64,000 nt of DNA, from assembly GCF_963921235.1 (NCBI RefSeq), contig NC_086107.1, positions 100,876,001 to 100,940,000 of the forward strand, written 5' to 3'. Shown piece by piece: positions 49,272 to 62,155 of the stretch. The translations under genes were made by a program, and so were the position numbers. Source of the DNA: Mobula hypostoma. Taxonomy: Eukaryota. Within the stretch, counting starts at the first letter, position 1. The number at the start of each line of letters is the position of its first letter. The notes under the pieces were generated by a model. That model had not been told where the DNA came from, ran no database searches, and worked only from the letters and a program-made list of their open reading frames with translations.

Positions 49272-52200
49272 TATGTCCTCTCACAGTCTATTGCTTTCCT
49301 CTGCACCATTTATCACATCGCTGAGTATTGTGTTGACTGTAGCTTTGTCCCCTTGTATACTCACATCGATCATTAAAGTTTCAGGCCCAGTTACTTCCCT
49401 CTTAAGAGTCCCAGTGCCCAACATCCTCCTGTCTAGAAAACAACCGTTTACTAGCCTTTCTGCTTTCTGAGTTTGAACTAATCTTTTATTTGTGCTGTCA
49501 CTAGTTCCTTTATTTCATTGTCCTCAGTTTTGCTCGGTAACCTTTTTACACGGAACTTCACAAAATGCCTTGTGAAAATCCACAGTGAAACTCTGCGCCC
49601 CCTTTGACCTTCTCTTGTCAGCAAAATTGAGTTAGTCAGATATGATTTGATTTTAACAGGTCTGTACTAGCTTTCTGACCGTCTATTGTTATTACTTTTA
49701 AAACCTATTCCCCTACTACAATTATGTTGACTGGTTTACAGTTACACAGCATACTCTTTCAAAAAGTTACTGCGTTTGTCATTGTCCAGTCTTCTGGTGT
49801 CTCCTCTATTTTGGGAGAAGTTTTTGTCAAAATTCTTGTACAGCATTTATTCCCCTTTTCCTCCACCTCCCCTTTACCACTTTTTGCAGCATCAACTTTA
49901 CCATCACCAAACCTATTGGCAGCATCCTCTTCTCTGATAAAGTATTCAGCCATGCTTTATATGGATACTCAAGCTTCTGATTTCTAATTGGCCAAAGTTC
50001 TCCTGTTGCTACTTGCTTTCTGTATGGATTTGCTTTGTATTTCAATCATACATGCCTTTGTTTGGATCAGCTTTATCCTGCTAGTCCCCCTCTCCTTGCA
50101 TTAAAATTAGCTTCTCTCCCATTACATCAGATTCAAAATCAGGTTTATTCTCACTGACGTATGTGGGGAAATTTATTGTTCTGTGGCAGCAGAAAGGAGA
50201 AAGATATATAACAAATACTATGAAGTTATAACAGGAAATTATACGTATTAATTTGGTGCAGAAGAGGAATAGTCATTTAGTGTTTGTGGGGTTCATGGAC
50301 CACTCTGATAGTGGAGGGGAAAAAGCTGTTCGTAAAGAATGGTGGAAGAGAAAAAATGTTGTGTGTCTTCAGGCTCCCGTACCTCCTCACTGGTGATAAT
50401 AATGGGAAGAGGGCAAGTCCAGGATGGTGTGGGACCTCGATGATGGATGCTGCCCAACTCTACTGCAGAAAGAGATAGAGGAGCAACTACCAGGAAACTC
50501 AGAGTGCTGACGTTGACTGACTGTAGTTGCTCTGATACTGAGTGGTGTAATCTTCGACTAAAGGAAAGGAAAGAATATTTAAAATATGTCCATGCTCATC
50601 CTCCTTGATGAGTATGTTTTTGTTCTGGGGAGTGGGGTGAGGGCTGCAGAAGGACTTAGACAGATTAGGAGAATGGTCAAGGAAGTGACAGGTGGAATAT
50701 AGTGTAGGGAAGTGTATAGTCACGTACTTGGGTAGACATAGGCTATTTTCTAAATGGGGAGAAAATTCAGAAATCAGAGGTGCAAAGGGACTTGGGAGTC
50801 CATGTGCAGGATAACTTGCAGGTTGAGTCAGTGGCGAGAAAGGCAAATGCAATGTTAGCATTCATTTTGAGAGGAATATATAAAAGCAAGGAGGGTTTAT
50901 GAGGCATTGGTCAGACCACACTTGGAGTATTGGGAACACTCTGGGGTCCTTTATCTAAGAAAGGATGTGCTGGCATTGGAGAGAGTCCAGAGGAGGTTCA
51001 CAAGAATAATTCTGGGAATGAAAGAGCTACTGTACGAGAAACATTTGATGTCTCTGGGACTGTACTTGCTGGAGCTTAGAAGAGTGAAGGGGATCTCAAT
51101 GAAACCCACAAACACTATATCACTATTTCTCTTTTGAATTATTTATTTATCCATTATTATACTGTAACTTAATATTTTTAATGTCTTTAACTACTGTTCA
51201 TAGAATCTTGAGGGATATAAAGCACAGAAACAGGCCCTTCGGCCCATTTGCTCTAAACCTACGTTAATCCCTTTAATTTTTTTCTCCTCACAGTCCCCAT
51301 AGATCCTATGATAGACCTTCAGCTGGGGAGGGCTCTCTGACTTGCATGTCCTTTGAATTTGGGAGGAAACCAGAGCTCCTGGAGAGAAGCCGGGTGTTCA
51401 CAGTGAGAATGTACAAACTTCACACAGACAGCACCTGAAGTCAGGACTAAACCAACTCTCTCTGGTGCTGTGAAGCAGCAGCTTTTCACCCTGCATCACA
51501 GTGCTGCCGTCTTCCTGTGTTCTTGAATACGTCCGTACCCAGCAAAACCAGCATCAAATAGTGAGTAAAAATTAAAGCAGTCAGCAAATTCTCTGTGAAC
51601 TTCCTGCCTCTAATCCAAAGATAACTCCTCTGTGTAATTCCTTATTAAATACATATAATTTAAAGCAGAGAATACGGCGAATTGAACTGAATGATTCAGT
51701 TTATAATTACGCACAAGCTTCCTTTAACTTGCTTATCAGCAGAACTTATTAATTTTTCCCTTTTCCCTGCTGGCTTTAATAATGACCAATTTATATTCAT
51801 CCCGCTTAATCTTCATCAGTCCTGTTCAGTAATTTCATAATGTTAAAGACCTTTGTGCTTGAGGTACCATTGTATGTTCTCAATAACATAAATGGCTATT
51901 CCCATTTCCTCGGCCGAAGTATAACCCAGGGACAGGATTAGAAGAGTGAAAGTTGGTTAGTGATCACCAGCAGTTTGACAGGTAGCATGCAGATTTGAGT
52001 TGCCTGCCCTCTTCTCCTTGCCATCACCACTCTCCCACCAAAGACACTTCGGCACAATCCAATCATGAAAATTTGTCGTGTTCAAAGTAAATGTGACTAT
52101 CAAAGTACATATATATCACCATATGCAACCTTGAGATTCATTTTCTTGTGGGCATACTCAATAAATCCATAGAATAATAATCATAACAGGTTCAATGAAA

Positions 52201-53395
52201 GACTGCACCAACTTGGGTGTTCAATCAGAGTGATGATGGATGCTAATTTCCTGTAACAGTGTCTCATGTAGATATGCTCATCGGTGGGGAAGGGTTAACC
52301 CGTGATGGATTGGGACATATCCACTGCTTTTTGTAGGATTTTTCCATTCAAAGGCATTGGTGTTTCCATACCAGGCTGTGAAGCAGCCTGTCTATATACT
52401 CTCCACCACACACCTATAGAAGTTTGCCAAAGTTTTAGATCTCATGCCGAAGTGGTAAACTTCTAAGAAAGTAGAGGCGCTGCCATACTTTCTTTGTAAT
52501 TGCACTTAGGTGATGTGCCCAGGACAGATCTACGAAATAATAACACCAAGGAGTTTAAAGTTGCTGAATGTAAAGAAGAGCTGTTATTTGGAAAAGTAAG
52601 TTTTACTATGCTATTCAGCTTGTCTGAGTGAATGCAGGTCTTGTCCTCTTTTAATATCTATAGGCCCTACATAATATGGGTTTAGTTTTACTTGACCTAG
52701 TTTATGAGTTTTGGGTCCATAATATTTATTTATAATTTTTAAGGGGGGGGCATGACAGTGTACGCTGTAACACTTAACAGTGCCAGTGACCCGGGTTCAA
52801 TTCCCATGCCGTCTGTCAGGAGTTTGACAGACCATGTTTCCTCCGGGTGCTCTGGTTTCCTCCCGCATTCCAAAGACGTATCAGTTATAGTAACTTGTGG
52901 GCCAGCTTTGTTGGCACCTAAAGCCACTTGCGGGCTGCCCCGAGCACATCCTTGGTCTGTGTTCGTCATTGACACATTTCACTGTATGTTTTGATGAACA
53001 TGTGACAAAAGCTAATCTTGAAATTGATCACCACCGTAACTAGAAAAAAAAAAGTGCTGGTGCAGAGTAGATGGCACTTCCCATCAAAACGTGTTTTATT
53101 TGTCTGGATTTCAGGAGTGTGTAAACTATCCAAGGCTGTGTGATAACTACGACTCAGTATTGGGACGACCAAGATGAAAGATGCTTCAAATACTGCAGGG
53201 GGTGAGCACTGTCACAGTCCTTCGGTTCGAAGGCATTCTACCCTGGAAACCAAAGCTGCTAAAGCAGTGGCAAGTCAATGAGTGACCTGGGAGTTTAGTT
53301 TTGAGTGGAACAACAGAGTACCTAGAACTTACTATTAAACCTTGTGTCTGATTATCTTTGGGAAGACGGTGGTGAACCTCCTTAAAGCACTTTAG

Positions 53396-53477
53396 CAGGG
53401 ATTCCCAACTATTTTTTTATGCGTGGGACCCCTACCATTAACCGAGGGGTCTATGGACCCCAGGTTGGGAACCCCTG
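53396..53477. mobile_element. ~80-bp hAT MITE
   Basis: CAGGGATTCCCAAC...GTTGGGAACCCCTG; same family as 26685 and 37888. Confidence 0.78.
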
Positions 53478-53713
53478 CACTAGTCTTTCTGACGATGGTG
53501 CTCCAGTGGTGCTATTAGATATGGAGTGCTGATGGAGCTAGATAACTCTGGATAGCATATAGCTGTTGTCCTGAACTTCACAGGAACAACTATAGATTAA
53601 GGAAACGCACTCAAGGAAGCCTTGGTGGGTTACTACATTACGTTTAGTGTATTGCACAGTGTCAGACATTCATTTTGCCTTTCTATTGTGCTTCTACGCA
53701 ACTTGTCTGCTTC

Positions 53714-54255
53714 ATTGTGTACAGTTCTGGTCACCGAATTACAGGAAAGATGTCAATAAAATTGAGAGAGTACAGAGGAGGTTTACTAAAATGTTGCCTG
53801 GGTTTCATCTCCTAAGTTATAGAGAAAGGTCGAACAAGTTAGGTCTTTATTCTTTGGAGCGTTGAAGGTTGAGGGGGGACTTGATAGAGGTGTTTAAAAT
53901 TATGAGGGGGATTGATAGAGTTGACGTGGTTAGACTTTTTCCATTGAGAGTGGGGAAGATTCAACAAAGAGGGCATGGGTTGAGAATTAGAGGACAAAAG
54001 TTTAGGGGTAACACGAGGGGGAACTTCTTTACTCAGAGAGTGGTAGCTGTGTGCAACGAGCTTCCAGCAGAAGTGGTTGAGGCAGGTTCGATGTTGTCGT
54101 TTAAAGTTAAATTGGACAGCTATACGGACAGGAAAGGTATGGAGGGTTATGGGCTGAGTGCAGGTCGGTGGGACTAGGTGAGAGTAAGAGTTCGGCACAG
54201 ACTAGAAGGGCCGAGATGGTCTGTTTCTGTGCTGTGATGGTTAAGTGGTTATATG
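53714..54255 (+). mobile_element. Young CR1 3' fragment, near-identical inverted partner of 41001-41626
   Basis: ORFs 53647..53865 and 53869..54177 nearly match 41074..41580. Confidence 0.9.
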
Positions 54256-54562
54256 ATTACTATGCAGGTTCCTTTCTAGGGTTCTATTAAATCTGAGGAG
54301 TCTGCATCCGACATTCCCTTCTGTACATGGATAGAGGAATGTGCAAAGGGAGAAGTTGATAGCACATGTCTTTGTTGACTAGATATGCTGTTCCCTTTAG
54401 TGTGTTCATTCACTGTGCTAGAAATGAGTGGAGGTGCCTTTGGTGTGGCCCTCTGAAGCCAAAGATGAGCTCCGGTAAATCCTACCGGAAGCCTAGGCCA
54501 AATAGTTTTCACATGTGCTGTAAAGCACCGTGTTCTGACCAGAGTGCATTCTGGTTCCATTC

Positions 54563-54948
54563 TCGGGTTGTTGGTGCCAGATGGGGTGGTTTGAGTATCT
54601 CAGAAACTGCTGACTTCCTTGGGTTTTTTTGTGCACAACAGTCTCTAGAATTTACAGAGAATGGTGCGAGGAACAAAAAAACATCAAGTGAGCGGCTGTT
54701 CTGTGGGTGAAAAAAACCTTGTTAATGGGAGAGGTCAGAGGACAACGGCCAAACTGGTTCAAGCTGAGAGGGAGGTGACAGTAACTCAAATAACCACACG
54801 TTACAACAGTGGTGTGCAGAAGGGCATCTCAACACACAGCACGTCAACCCTTGAAGTGGATGGGCTACAGCAGCAGAAGACCATGAACATACACTCAGTA
54901 GACACTTTATTAGATACAGGAGGTACCTAATGAGGTGACCACTGAGAG
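54563..54948 (+). mobile_element. Partial Tc1-like element, same family as 48714-49271
   Basis: VVGARWGGLSISETADFLGF; degenerate right TIR ending ...GACCACTGAGAG-TA. Confidence 0.75.
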
Positions 54949-55122
54949 TAGAACATAGAGCAGTGCAGCAGAGAAATCCTTCAACCTAACTTGTCCAGGC
55001 TGACCGTGATGTCCGTCTATGCCAATCGCATTTGCCTGCATTAGATTTGTATTCCTTTCCTAGCTAAGTACAGAGCCTTTTAAATGCTGTCGTCACATCT
55101 CCCTGCACCACCTCCTATGGGA

Positions 55123-55871
55123 ACACTCACAACACGCTGGAGGAACTCAGCAGGTCGGGCAGCATCCGTGGAAACGATCAGTTGATGTTTCAGGCCGGAA
55201 CCCTTCATCAGGACTGTAGAGGGAAGAGGCAGAGGCCCTATAAAGAAGGTGGGGGGAGGGTGGGAAGGAGAAGGCTGGTAGGTTCCAGGTGAAAAACCAG
55301 TAAGGGGAAAGATAAAGGGGTTGGGAAGGGGAGGCAGGGAGGTGATAGGCAGGAAAGGTGAAGAAGGAATAGGGGAAAACACAATGGGTAGTAGAAGGAG
55401 GCGGAACCATGAGGGAGGTGATAGGCAGCTGGGGGAGGGGGCAGAGTGAAATAGGGATAAGGGAAGGGAGGGGGAGGGAATTACTAGAAGTTGGAGAATT
55501 CTATGTTCCTACCAAGGGGCTGGAGACTACCTAGACGGTATATGAGGTGTTGCTCCTCCAACCTGAGTTTAGCCTCATCATGGCAGTAGAGGATGCCATG
55601 TATGGACATATCCAAATGGGAACGTGAAGCAGAGCTGAAGTGGGTGACAACTGGGAGATCCTGTCTGTTGTGGCGGACGGAGCGGAGGTGCTTGACGAAG
55701 CAGTCCCCCAATCTGCATCGAGTTTCACCGACGTAGAGGAGGCCGCACCGGGAGAACGGGATGATTGATACGTTGACTGATCGTTTCCATTGATGTTGCC
55801 CGACCTGCTGCGTTCCTCCAGCGTGTTGTGAGTATTGCTTTGACCCCAGCATCTGCTGAGTATTTTGTGTT
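55123..55871. mobile_element. PLE insertion: long - arm with GIY-YIG endonuclease and short inverted + arm
   Basis: ORF 55484..55852 RCGLLYVGETRCRLGDCFVKHLRSV...HFSSASRSH...LEEQHLIYRLGSLQPLGRNIEFSNF; TSD CACCTCCTATGGGA at 55109-55122 and 55872-55885. Confidence 0.9.
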
Positions 55872-57921
55872 CACCTCCTATGGGAGTTTGTCCCATATGG
55901 CCATCACCCTGACTGTGCAGAAATCTGCCCCTCGGATGGCCTTTGAATTTCTTCCCTCTCACCTTAAACCTATGCCCTCTCATGTTGGGTTTCCCTATCC
56001 TGACAAAGAGACTGACTATCCTGTCTGTGCTTTTCATTTATAAACCTGTACAAGGTCATTCTGATATTCCAGCGCCAGTAAATGGAGCCTTTTTGATTTC
56101 CCCTTTGTAAGTAAAGTTCAAGGCAAAGCTTTGCTGAATATCTACTGTATTCGTTCTAATGATACCATATCATTCCTTTGTGAGGTGACCAGAATGGCAG
56201 ACATCCTTTGACACTACCTCACTTTTTTAATATACAGTATTTCTGTTTTCTGCATGTTTTTTAAATCTATTCAATTTACATATACTACAATTGATTTACT
56301 TGTTTATGTATTATTGTTAATATTTTTATTTTATTTATTATCTATATTATGTATTGCATTGAACTGCTGCTGCTAAGTTAACAAATTTCACGTCATATGC
56401 CAGTGGTGATGAACCTGATTCTGGTTCTGACAAAGCTGCAAATCTGGCCAGGTGCGTGTTTAGTACAACTGTGGCGCGACTCTTCACACTTCTGTTCAGA
56501 CTTGGCCTATGAAAGCAAGCACGTTGAATCACAAACTTGAGATTCTGCAGATCCAAAGCAATGCACACAAAATGCTGGGGGAGCTCTGCAGGTCAGGCAG
56601 ACCTTTGGAAAAGAATAAACAATCAATGTTTTAGGCCGAGACCCTTCTTCAGGACATTACTTCAGGGTAATGCCTTCACTGCCCTATCCTCACCCTCTTC
56701 ACTGCTCTATCCAACCTTCCATTTTCTGGGAGCTATGAAAATGCATCCCAGGGTCCTCTGCTGTTTATGGCCCTTTGAGTAGTTGACATCCAAAACAGTA
56801 AAAGTTCAAACTGCAAACCTGGTTTGACAGAGGCCATAGGACATATTCCTGCTGAGAACTCACCTAGTTTCATCTGAAGATACTATGTTTGAAAATGACT
56901 ACAATTCTGCGTCACCAAGGCTCAGGACTGCACGTACACACACCCGAATTCAGGCCTGCGTACGCACATTCTGCTGGACACAGACAGTCCCAAACCCTTT
57001 GAAGTCAGTGTGTAATGCTTGAGATGGGCTGCTGTATGTCCTTTGTGAAGGAAGGAAGGAGCGACTTTATTCGCCATAAACGTTTACATGGACTAGGAAT
57101 TTCCTGTGGTGAGGGTGCAAATACAATAAAAACCAACAACATTAGACAATTGTAAAGAATAAAGTATTACATAAAAATAAAGTTGGAGGTTGAAGTATAG
57201 ATATGGAATAAAATGTGAATAAATACATAAATCCCAGCATGTATTTACCATGTAAACTGCATCATAAAAACTGCTTTAAAGTTTTTACAGTGCCATACAA
57301 TGACTGGTTAGTAGGTAGAGAGGGGCATGGGGAGTTAAATGAATGGCTGATCAGATTAACTGCCTGCAGGGAGGAGAAATTTCAAGATGGCTTGAAGTCT
57401 TTCCTCTCAGTTGATCACAATCTCTCTGGGACTTGCTTCCACAAAGAGTGGTAGAAGCAGTCTAAGAATTTTTAAGGCAGGGATGGAGAGATTGTAGACA
57501 GGCAAGAGGGTGGAAGGTTTTGAGCATTGGCCAGGGTATGAACTCGAGATTACCATCAGATCTGATCTGATCTTGTTAAATGGTAGGGTAGATTGGAAGG
57601 GCCGAGTGGCTTACAAATGCCCATAATTTGTAAGTACATGTCTAACATTTTTTTATATATAGTTTATATGAGACAACAAACAGTTTGCTGGAGGAACTCA
57701 GTGTGTCGTGCAGCACCTCAAGAAAGGAATTCTGCTGATGTTTTGGGCTAAGATCCAGCATCAGGATTGAGAGGGGAGAGATGTGATAGCCATCATAGAG
57801 AGGAGAAGGGGACGAGGTGAGACAGGAAGCTGAGGTGATTGGTGGACTGAGGAGGAGCAAAAGATGAGAGGTGGGAAGGGAGCACAGGGATGGAGTTGGG
57901 AGGCAGGTGAGATTAGATGTA

Positions 57922-59166
57922 CAGTGGATTTCCCCTTCTCCTTCCTGTCCAATTGGGACACATTGGGACCAGTACATTTTGGCCCAGTTTTGCTGCTGCC
58001 CAATTAGACAAAGTTTCATAGAAATAGTTAAAAAGACATTAAAAAAAAGACAAACTGAGTAACACATTTTGCATTTAAATGAAATACAGAAAGTAGAACA
58101 CAACCAACAGTGTTTCCTCTAAGCTGCGCAGTCGCACAATTACTGAAATGCTACCGTGCACATAGCCTTTGTTGCCGCACAGCTGGAATTGGATGTAGCT
58201 AGAAAAAGTTTATGAAACATGAAAGATTTTCTTTGTTGTCGTGCATTTCATTATACCCTCTAATTAATAAATAAAATCAAAAGTATGATTTTTCTGTTTT
58301 CATTCTAAATTTTCATAATATGCATATTACAAAAACATTTAAGGCACCACACAGTTTTCAGGCCATTTAAAAATTTCCTGCTCATAGCAATGGTTGTTCC
58401 TTACAGCTGTAAAAAACATTAGAGGGAACATTGCCAACAGTACTATAAAACTATGATTGTATCCTCCAAATTATCGTTATAACCTTCGAGATGATTATCA
58501 ATACCTTAATTCTTCATAGTTCCCAACTTGTTGAAGTAGTGAAATAGTTTGACTTTTCACTTCCGGTCATTTCTGGCATCTCCAAGCCTAAATGCTTGAT
58601 ACCACAGTGAGCAAAGCAGATCTGAATTGTCTCACTGCTTATTTCTCACCAATTATCAGTGACAAAAATCACTTTTTAAACACAAAAATGCACAACTAAT
58701 GCTGTTTAAAAACTGTTCAAGTTACATTTATTATCAAAGCAAGTATAAGTTATACAACCTTGAGATTCGTCTGCTTACAGGCCGGCACAAAACAGAAACC
58801 CGAAAGAGCCCAATTTTAAAAAAAGACCAACGCCCGATGCACAGAGAGAGAAGAAAAAAACACCAATCATGCAAACAGTAAAAGCAAGCAACAGCATTCT
58901 GAATGAAAGTGAGTCCATAGACACGAAGTCCAAGGCAGACCCATAGCCTCAGCCTCAGTTCACTCTAAGCACGGTGTAGCGTCTAACGACCACACAAGTG
59001 CGCACAACTGATGCTAGTTAGAACCTGTTCGGCAAGCCTCCTGTCCCAATTAAGCAGCATAGTGTTCCAAATAAGCGTAGGGAATCCCAGCAATTTTCTC
59101 AATTTGTTTTTGTTCTTTAAGAGTGGTCCCAAATAAGTGGTTGCTCCAATTAACCGGAATCCACTG
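57922..59166. mobile_element. Tc1/mariner (pogo/Tigger-like) non-autonomous element with nested insertions
   Basis: TA-CAGTGGATT... and ...CCAATTAACCGGAATCCACTG-TA termini. Confidence 0.6.
58108..58433. mobile_element. TIR-bounded MITE (hAT-like) nested in the previous element
   Basis: CAGTGTTTCCTCTAA / TTAGAGGGAACATTG inverted termini; TSD unclear. Confidence 0.6.
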
Positions 59167-60480
59167 TATTTATGTGGAGATTGCTTATGTGACCAGTACT
59201 TATTAGCCAATGCAAGTTGTCCGTAAGAAGATGGAGGCAAGCTGACATCTGGTGCAGGCTCTTCCGTGACACTGCTGAGGAGGGAATTCCAAGATCAGGA
59301 TTCAGTGAGGATAAAGGAGCGGTGACACGTCTCCAAGCAGGGAAGATGACAGATGACTTATAAAATAGTCATGACCTACACCAGAGTTAGCTCTGAGCCG
59401 ATTGGATTACAATATTGTTCAAAGCCAGATATCTCAGGTTTGTGTGGGACAATGGACGCTGTTGAACGATAAATAACAGGTTAGTGTGTCACATACTCTG
59501 AGCAAGTTGAATAGTGATGAGTAGGGGTGAATGCCTATGAAGGTGAGTGTAACTGAAAGGTAATGGGGCAGCTCTGTCTATTTTTAGAATCTAAAAGATT
59601 AAGTAAAATATTACATTGAAGATGCAGTTTCCTTAGCAAAGTGTTCTCTTTTCTCATCTCCCTGTATCAGTTAATGGATGATATTTATACGGTGTGTTGG
59701 AATAGACAGTCTACCGTCTCTTAGGGCATCAGACCGATGAAGCTTCTCTCTGGGCTGAGTACAGTCTGTGTTTTGGGTGCTGGGAACGGCCTTGAACGTG
59801 GTTAATGCCACCCTGTGGATGCCTGTAGTTTGACTGGAGCCATGGGCTCCTGTCTGTTGCTCCCTTAACAAGAAAGAGTTAACTGTAATTATCTGTCGTG
59901 AACTAGAGAGCCTTGGTGACCTTCCCTGCGCGTCTGAGTTTTGCAGATATCCCAGCTCCAACCTGATTGAGCGAAAATACTCACGTTGAGGGAGACTGGC
60001 ACCGCTGCCTCGCCCTCTTCTGACCTTCCCGCTGTGAGCGTGGCAGGATGAGTACTTCACTGACAGTGTTCTTGGTTGAGGGGAGACTCACTCTCTTGTT
60101 CTGAGGTTTAGGGATTCGGATTCAGGTTAAGATTCAAATCGTGTACATCGAAATGTGCAGTGAAATGTGTCATTTGTGTTTAGCAACCAACACACCTGAG
60201 GGTGTGCTGGGGGCAGCCCGCAAGTGGTACTGCACATTCCTGTACCAACACAGAATGCTCACAGTGCCAGGCAGAACAACACAAAGCAGCAACAATAACA
60301 ACAGTTTAAAAAAAAACAGCAAAACAAACAAAAGAAGTCAACTACTCTCCCACCCAGCCAACCCTCATACGTGCCAACAGGCCTCGAAACCCAGGACAGG
60401 CCACCTCTGGGCCTCCACCCTTGGCTCTGGACACTCAGACTCAGGACACTTGGACGTTCTGCCCCCCACCCCCAGACACA

Positions 60481-61476
60481 TAGAAACACAGAAAATAGGT
60501 GCAGGAGTAGGCCATTCGGCCCTTCGAGCCTGCACCGCCATTCAGTATGATCATAGTTGATCATCCAACTCAGAACCCTGTACCAGCCTTCCCTCCATAA
60601 CCTCTGATCCCTTTAGCCACAAGGGCCATATCTCTCCCTCTTAAATATAGCCAATGAACTGGCCTCAACTGTTTCCTGTGGCAGAGAATTCCACAGATTC
60701 ACCACTCTCTGTGTGAAGAAGTTTTTCCTAATTTCGGTCCTAAAAGGCTTCCCCTTTATCCTCAAACTGTGACCCCTCGTTCTGGACTTCCCCAACATTG
60801 GGAACAATCTTCCTGCATCTAGCCTGTCCAATCCCTTTAGGATTTTATACATTTCAATAAGATCCCCCCTCAATCTTCTAAATTCCAACGAGTATAAGCC
60901 TAGTCAATCCAGTCTTTCATTATATGAAAGTCCTGCCATCCCAGGAATCAATCTGGTGAACCTTCTTTGTACTCCCTCTATGGCAAGAATGTCTTTCCTC
61001 AGATTAGGGGACCAAAACTGCACACAATACTCCAGGTGTGGTCTCACCAAGGCCTTGTACAACTGCAGTAGTACCTCCCTGCTCCTGTACTCGAATCCTC
61101 TTACTATAAATGTCAGCATACCATTCGCCTTTTTCACCGCCTGCTGTACCTGCATGCCCACTTTCAATGACTGGTGTATAATGACACCCAGGTCTCGTTG
61201 CACCTCCCCTTTTCCTAATCGGCCACCATTCAGATAATAATCTGTTTTCCTGTTTTTGCCACCAAAGTGGATAACCTCACATTTATCCACATTAAATTGC
61301 ATCTGCCATGAATTTGCCCACTCACCTAACCTATCCAAGTCACCCTGCATCCTCTTAGCATCCTCCTCACAGCTAACACTGCCGCCCAGTTTCGTGTCAT
61401 CCGCAAACTTGGAGATGCTGCATTTAATTCCGTCATCTAAGTCATTAATATATATTGTAAACAACTGGGATCCCAG
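60481..61476 (-). mobile_element. Young CR1 3' fragment (RT C-terminal half)
   Basis: ORF 60904..61464 FTIYINDLDDG...SKFADDTKLGG and ORF 60613..60888; ATAGAAAC-type tail. Confidence 0.92.
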
Positions 61477-62074
61477 GCCTCCCAGACACTCAGGCCACCC
61501 CTGGGCCTCTATCCTTGGCCCCAGATTCTCAGACTCTCAGACATTAGACCTCTGGACTTTAGTCCCTGGCCCAGAAATGCAGACTTGACCTTCAGGCCTG
61601 AGCTTCCGGACTTGCTGACTTCACTCTTCGACCTTCAGGCCTCTGACCTTTGACCTCTGGGGCTTTCTGTGCTGTGTACCTCAGCCTTTGGCTTTGGTTT
61701 CCGGACTTTGCCGACCTCTAGGCATCGAATCCAGGGCTCTCCGATCATCAGTGAGCTGTGAGGTTTGACTCCCTGACTTGAATGACTGAGGTGACAGGGG
61801 AGGATGGAACACCAGCCCTGGTGACTTCCGCCCATATGCATATGGATATCATGCTGATGTGTACATTGGTGGTGGCTGAAGATGTTGAGCATGCAATTGC
61901 TGATAATGATATTAGTGATGCCTGTTTACAGCTCAGCCCTCCAGATAAATCTTCTTCAACTCAATACAGCAGGGAGATATCTCCACCATTCCCCAGTGCT
62001 GTTTGGATACAACAAAGAGATACAATAACAACTTTTGAAAGGTACTTGTGTAGGTGGATAGGAAAGGCTTGGAA

Positions 62075-62155
62075 CAGGGGTTCCCAACCCTTTTTATGCC
62101 ATGGACTCCCTACCATTAACTGAGAGGTTGGTGGACTCCAGGTTGGAAACCCTTG
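62075..62155. mobile_element. ~80-bp hAT MITE
   Basis: CAGGGGTTCCCAACC terminus; perfect 8-bp TSD GCTTGGAA (62067-62074, 62156-62163). Confidence 0.85.

Noticed and set aside
59641..60060. Pyrimidine tract + CAG acceptor and a 129-aa minus ORF as a possible TRIOBP exon or gene
   Set aside because: The phase-0 frame stops after 17 codons, with no family similarity and no good donor.
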